The position numbers and the translations under genes are program-made. From Candidatus Helarchaeota ASGARD archaeon Hel_GB_B (GTDB lineage Archaea; Asgardarchaeota; Lokiarchaeia; Helarchaeales; HEL-GB-B), in assembly GCA_005191425.1 (NCBI GenBank), contig SUPR01000108.1, forward strand, positions 1 through 10,271: a DNA stretch of 10,271 nt. Reading direction: 5' to 3'. This document shows, one piece after another, positions 7,916 through 10,271 of this stretch (positions within the stretch are counted from its first letter, which is position 1; every line of letters starts with the position of its first letter). The notes under the pieces were generated by a model. The model ran no database searches. It saw only the letters and a program-made list of their open reading frames with translations, and had not been told where the DNA came from.

Positions 7916-7950
7916 TTAATAAGGATTAAATTTATTTTGAAAATATTATC

Positions 7951-9390
7951 ATGAGAAAAATATTTAAAATTACAATTTTTGCTTTTCTCTTACTTATTTT
8001 TGTTTTACCAAAATATGTAGAGTCTGCGGAGTGGGATATTGTTAATACGGTTGATTTGGATAATATTTCTTTTCTTCTTCCTATGATAGCCGGGTTGGAT
8101 GAGGAAGGTTTTACTCCTGTAGGTTCTTGGTATTTTGTAGAAGAAGAGGGGGATTGGCTTTATGTATTTAGAGCTCCTGCAAATGGTCAATCATATATTG
8201 AGAAAAGAAGAAAATCAGATTTAAGCTTGGCAGGAGGTTGGACTTTTGATGCTGGTATGACGATTTTTGATTATGAGATTGATGAAAATTATATATATGT
8301 AATTGGTGTTAATGCTACAACATTTGATCTACCTGGAAGGGGTCCTCTTTATGTTTCTAAAATAAACAAAAGCAATGGTTTACCACAAGTTTATAAAGAG
8401 AATGCCGGGCCTTATGGTGGGGGATATGATCCAGTAGTTATAAATATTAATTTTCCTCATTATAATAAATTAAGCTCTGATGAAAATTTTTTATATTTTA
8501 GTGGGGTTACTTTTGATAATGATAGTTGGCAGACAGGAGATTGGATAATTGGGCGATTAAATAAAAGTGATTTAAAAATTGGTAGTGGTTGGGTTAAAAC
8601 TGATCTGTTGGTTTATGATACCTCCTTAATATTTTCCATAGTTGATGACCTTACTGTATATAATGGAGAGCTTTATGCTTTTGGTATGAATGAGTTAGGA
8701 CCATCTGGAGAATATGCTAAATATATGATAGACAGAAGGGACGTTTCAGGAACTTCAAATTGGAATATGGGTTTTACTAGTGTTCCCATGTGTTGTGCAA
8801 AATATGCTTTTGATGGAAATAATTTATATATAGAAAATTACCTTGGAACCGAAACTAAAAAATTTGATATTATCACAAAGCAAGAATTGCCCTATGACAC
8901 TTGGCCATCTCCAGTATTTGAAGGAGATTATTATTACAAACAAAGCAGAAAAACATATTATGAGGAAAATTCTATGCAGGGAGATTTTGGTTGGCGGATT
9001 GATAAATTTCATAAAGACGATTTAAATACTTCTGTTTCGTTTTTAGAAGAGAACCCACATGTTTCTGGGGCGGCTGGGTCTGAAGATGTAATCCAAAGGA
9101 TGGTTTATGACGATAGTGCTATATATATTATTGAAAAATGTGTGGGCTGTTCTAAAATGCGCTTGAGAAAAATTGAAAAAGAAGCTCCTGCTTATATTGA
9201 TATCGGCCTAAAAGTCTACAACGGGACAGAAACAGTTTCTATCGCCTGTGAATCAGGAGAAGCATCTCCTTTAAGAATAAGTAAGGGTGGGATTACTTAT
9301 GGAATAGTTTTAGTAGATCCGGGAGACTCTGCTGACTCAGGCGTGCATATTAGGGTTAATGGAGCCACAAAGGCATTGAGAAAAATGTAA
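7951..9390 (+). CDS. Secreted putative beta-propeller protein with a distinct 65-aa C-terminal module
   Basis: Signal peptide, seven (D/E)xxxLY-type repeats each followed by an I-x-K/R strand, and C-terminal YIDIGLKVYNG...SPLRISKGG..YGIVLVDP...KALRKM. Confidence 0.75.
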   Translation: MRKIFKITIFAFLLLIFVLPKYVESAEWDIVNTVDLDNISFLLPMIAGLDEEGFTPVGSWYFVEEEGDWLYVFRAPANGQSYIEKRRKSDLSLAGGWTFDAGMTIFDYEIDENYIYVIGVNATTFDLPGRGPLYVSKINKSNGLPQVYKENAGPYGGGYDPVVININFPHYNKLSSDENFLYFSGVTFDNDSWQTGDWIIGRLNKSDLKIGSGWVKTDLLVYDTSLIFSIVDDLTVYNGELYAFGMNELGPSGEYAKYMIDRRDVSGTSNWNMGFTSVPMCCAKYAFDGNNLYIENYLGTETKKFDIITKQELPYDTWPSPVFEGDYYYKQSRKTYYEENSMQGDFGWRIDKFHKDDLNTSVSFLEENPHVSGAAGSEDVIQRMVYDDSAIYIIEKCVGCSKMRLRKIEKEAPAYIDIGLKVYNGTETVSIACESGEASPLRISKGGITYGIVLVDPGDSADSGVHIRVNGATKALRKM

Positions 9391-9512
9391 TAATGGTATT
9401 TGCTCACTTCCTTAAATTTATTATTAATTAAATATTAAAATATAAAATTTGATATATGTCAAAACTAAAGGAGGGAATGAAGTTGTATTGAGAATCAGTT
9501 TTTAAAATTTTT

Positions 9513-9581
9513 ATGTCAAATAGAGACGAATTTCAAATAGGTGAATTTTATTATGTCTTTAACTGTGGGACGAAAAGATGA
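9513..9581 (+). pseudogene. N-terminal remnant of a REP-associated/IS200-like Y1 (HUH) transposase
   Basis: Translates MSNRDEFQIGEFYYVFNCGTKR*, resembling the N-terminal G-E-x-Y-H-(I/V)-x-N-R-G-x-x-K-R motif I recall for RAYT-type transposases. It is only 22 codons, with H to Y and R to C changes. Confidence 0.55.
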
Positions 9582-9607
9582 TTGTTTTGGTTTCTTCTTA
9601 TTGTATG
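9577..9607 (+). repeat. 31-bp exact direct repeat, copy 1 (intergenic; copy 2 is inside tsaC)
   Basis: GATGATTGTTTTGGTTTCTTCTTATTGTATG occurs at both 9577-9607 and 10062-10092. Confidence 0.95.
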
Positions 9608-9778
9608 ACTAAGAGATAAAATTAGAAATTATAAATAATTTTAATAAGAACTTTATATAAAAAGTACAGTAAACTGTGTATTTTTAAATTAGTATTAAAA
9701 AGTAGCTATTTTTAGATAAAAGCGGCTATTTTCTATTTTGGTTTATTACTATTAAAATAACTTATTAGTTTCCAAAAA

Positions 9779-9790
9779 TTGTGTTAAAAT
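9779..9790 (+). promoter_or_regulatory. Possible extended -10 promoter upstream of tsaC
   Basis: TTGTG-T-TAAAAT (TG at 9782-9783, hexamer 9785-9790) resembles the TTGTG-G-TATAAT core of the other two promoters. Confidence 0.4.
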
Positions 9791-9945
9791 GGAATTACTA
9801 ACTCCATAATTATAAACCATAATGCCAATAAAAAACGCTATAAAAAAATTAAGCGCTATTTTGAAAAATGTATTATAAAAGTATATCAACAAATTAGTAT
9901 GCTTTTATGAAAAGTCTGCTAATAGACTATATGTAATTATGTAAT

Positions 9946-10271
9946 ATGCCAAAAATATTTATATACCCTACGGATACAATTTACGGCTTGGGATGCAAGG
10001 CGATAGATAGACAGGCTGTCCTGGAATTGTTTAAAATAAAAAAAAGAGACATTAATAAGCCGATGATTGTTTTGGTTTCTTCTTATTGTATGGTTAAAAA
10101 ATATTTTTTTATTTCTAAAAAACAAGAAAAATATTTACGGACTGTTTGGCCGAGAACTAGTGCTGACGCTCGAAAAGAAAATTTAGATTATAGAATAAGG
10201 TCGACTACGGTAATTTTAAAAGCTAGAGATAATTTTCCAAAAGAACTTTTGGCTAGTGATGAAAGTGGAGC
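9946..10271 (+). CDS. tsaC: L-threonylcarbamoyladenylate synthase (TsaC/YrdC/Sua5 family), 3'-partial
   Basis: I translated MPKIFIYPTDTIYGLGCKAIDRQAVLELFKIKKRDINKPMIVLVSS...VWP..., which has the hallmark PTDTxYGL and KxR...KP motifs. The frame is open to the window end and absent from the ORF track. Confidence 0.92.
   Translation, partial: MPKIFIYPTDTIYGLGCKAIDRQAVLELFKIKKRDINKPMIVLVSSYCMVKKYFFISKKQEKYLRTVWPRTSADARKENLDYRIRSTTVILKARDNFPKELLASDESG
10062..10092 (+). repeat. 31-bp exact direct repeat, copy 2 (within tsaC, encoding MIVLVSSYCM)
   Basis: Identical to 9577-9607. Confidence 0.95.

Noticed and set aside
9456-9491. Mini-ORFs MSKLKEGMKLY* and AGGAGG-preceded MKLY*
   Set aside because: Too short and no homology evident; the SD-like hexamer may be chance.
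9665-9680. ACAGT-AA-ACTGT palindrome as an SOS box
   Set aside because: Orientation and spacing do not match CTGT-N8-ACAG, and a 5-bp arm is not significant.
9705-9862. Three GCTATTTT octamers as an operator array
   Set aside because: Irregular spacing and low complexity; plausible by chance at this AT content.
9822-9878. MPIKNAIKKLSAILKNVL* as a ribosomal protein bS20 fragment
   Set aside because: Only superficial similarity at the first residues; 18 codons in low-complexity AT-rich DNA.
1199-10125. Short alternative-frame or antisense ORFs (1199-1414, 3505-3705, 5269-5469, 7618-7881, 8005-8190, 8824-9012, 8843-9025, 9937-10125)
   Set aside because: All overlap better-supported genes wholly or almost wholly and lack motifs. 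9937-10125 is antisense to tsaC.

Overview
AT-rich window in which every supported gene lies on the + strand. The protein styles and lack of Shine-Dalgarno motifs suggest Patescibacteria/CPR (Parcubacteria, Falkowbacteria-like); this taxonomy is inferred. In order: (1) 3' end of a sensor histidine kinase; (2) a surface-protein operon containing one giant 1679-codon adhesin-like frame (547-5586) and a membrane-anchored Cys-repeat/Ca-binding-repeat protein. The ORF track splits the giant frame in two only because a single in-frame TGA sits at a conserved Trp position; (3) a second apparent operon sharing a 20-bp promoter sequence with the first and carrying a perfect 24-bp inverted repeat in its leader. 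It encodes a small membrane protein, a GNVGIG fibre-like protein and a secreted 7-repeat propeller protein with a distinct C-terminal module; (4) an intergenic region with a remnant of a RAYT/Y1-type transposase fused to a 31-bp exact copy of tsaC sequence; (5) the 5' part of tsaC, which the ORF track missed. No rRNA, tRNA or CRISPR array was seen.
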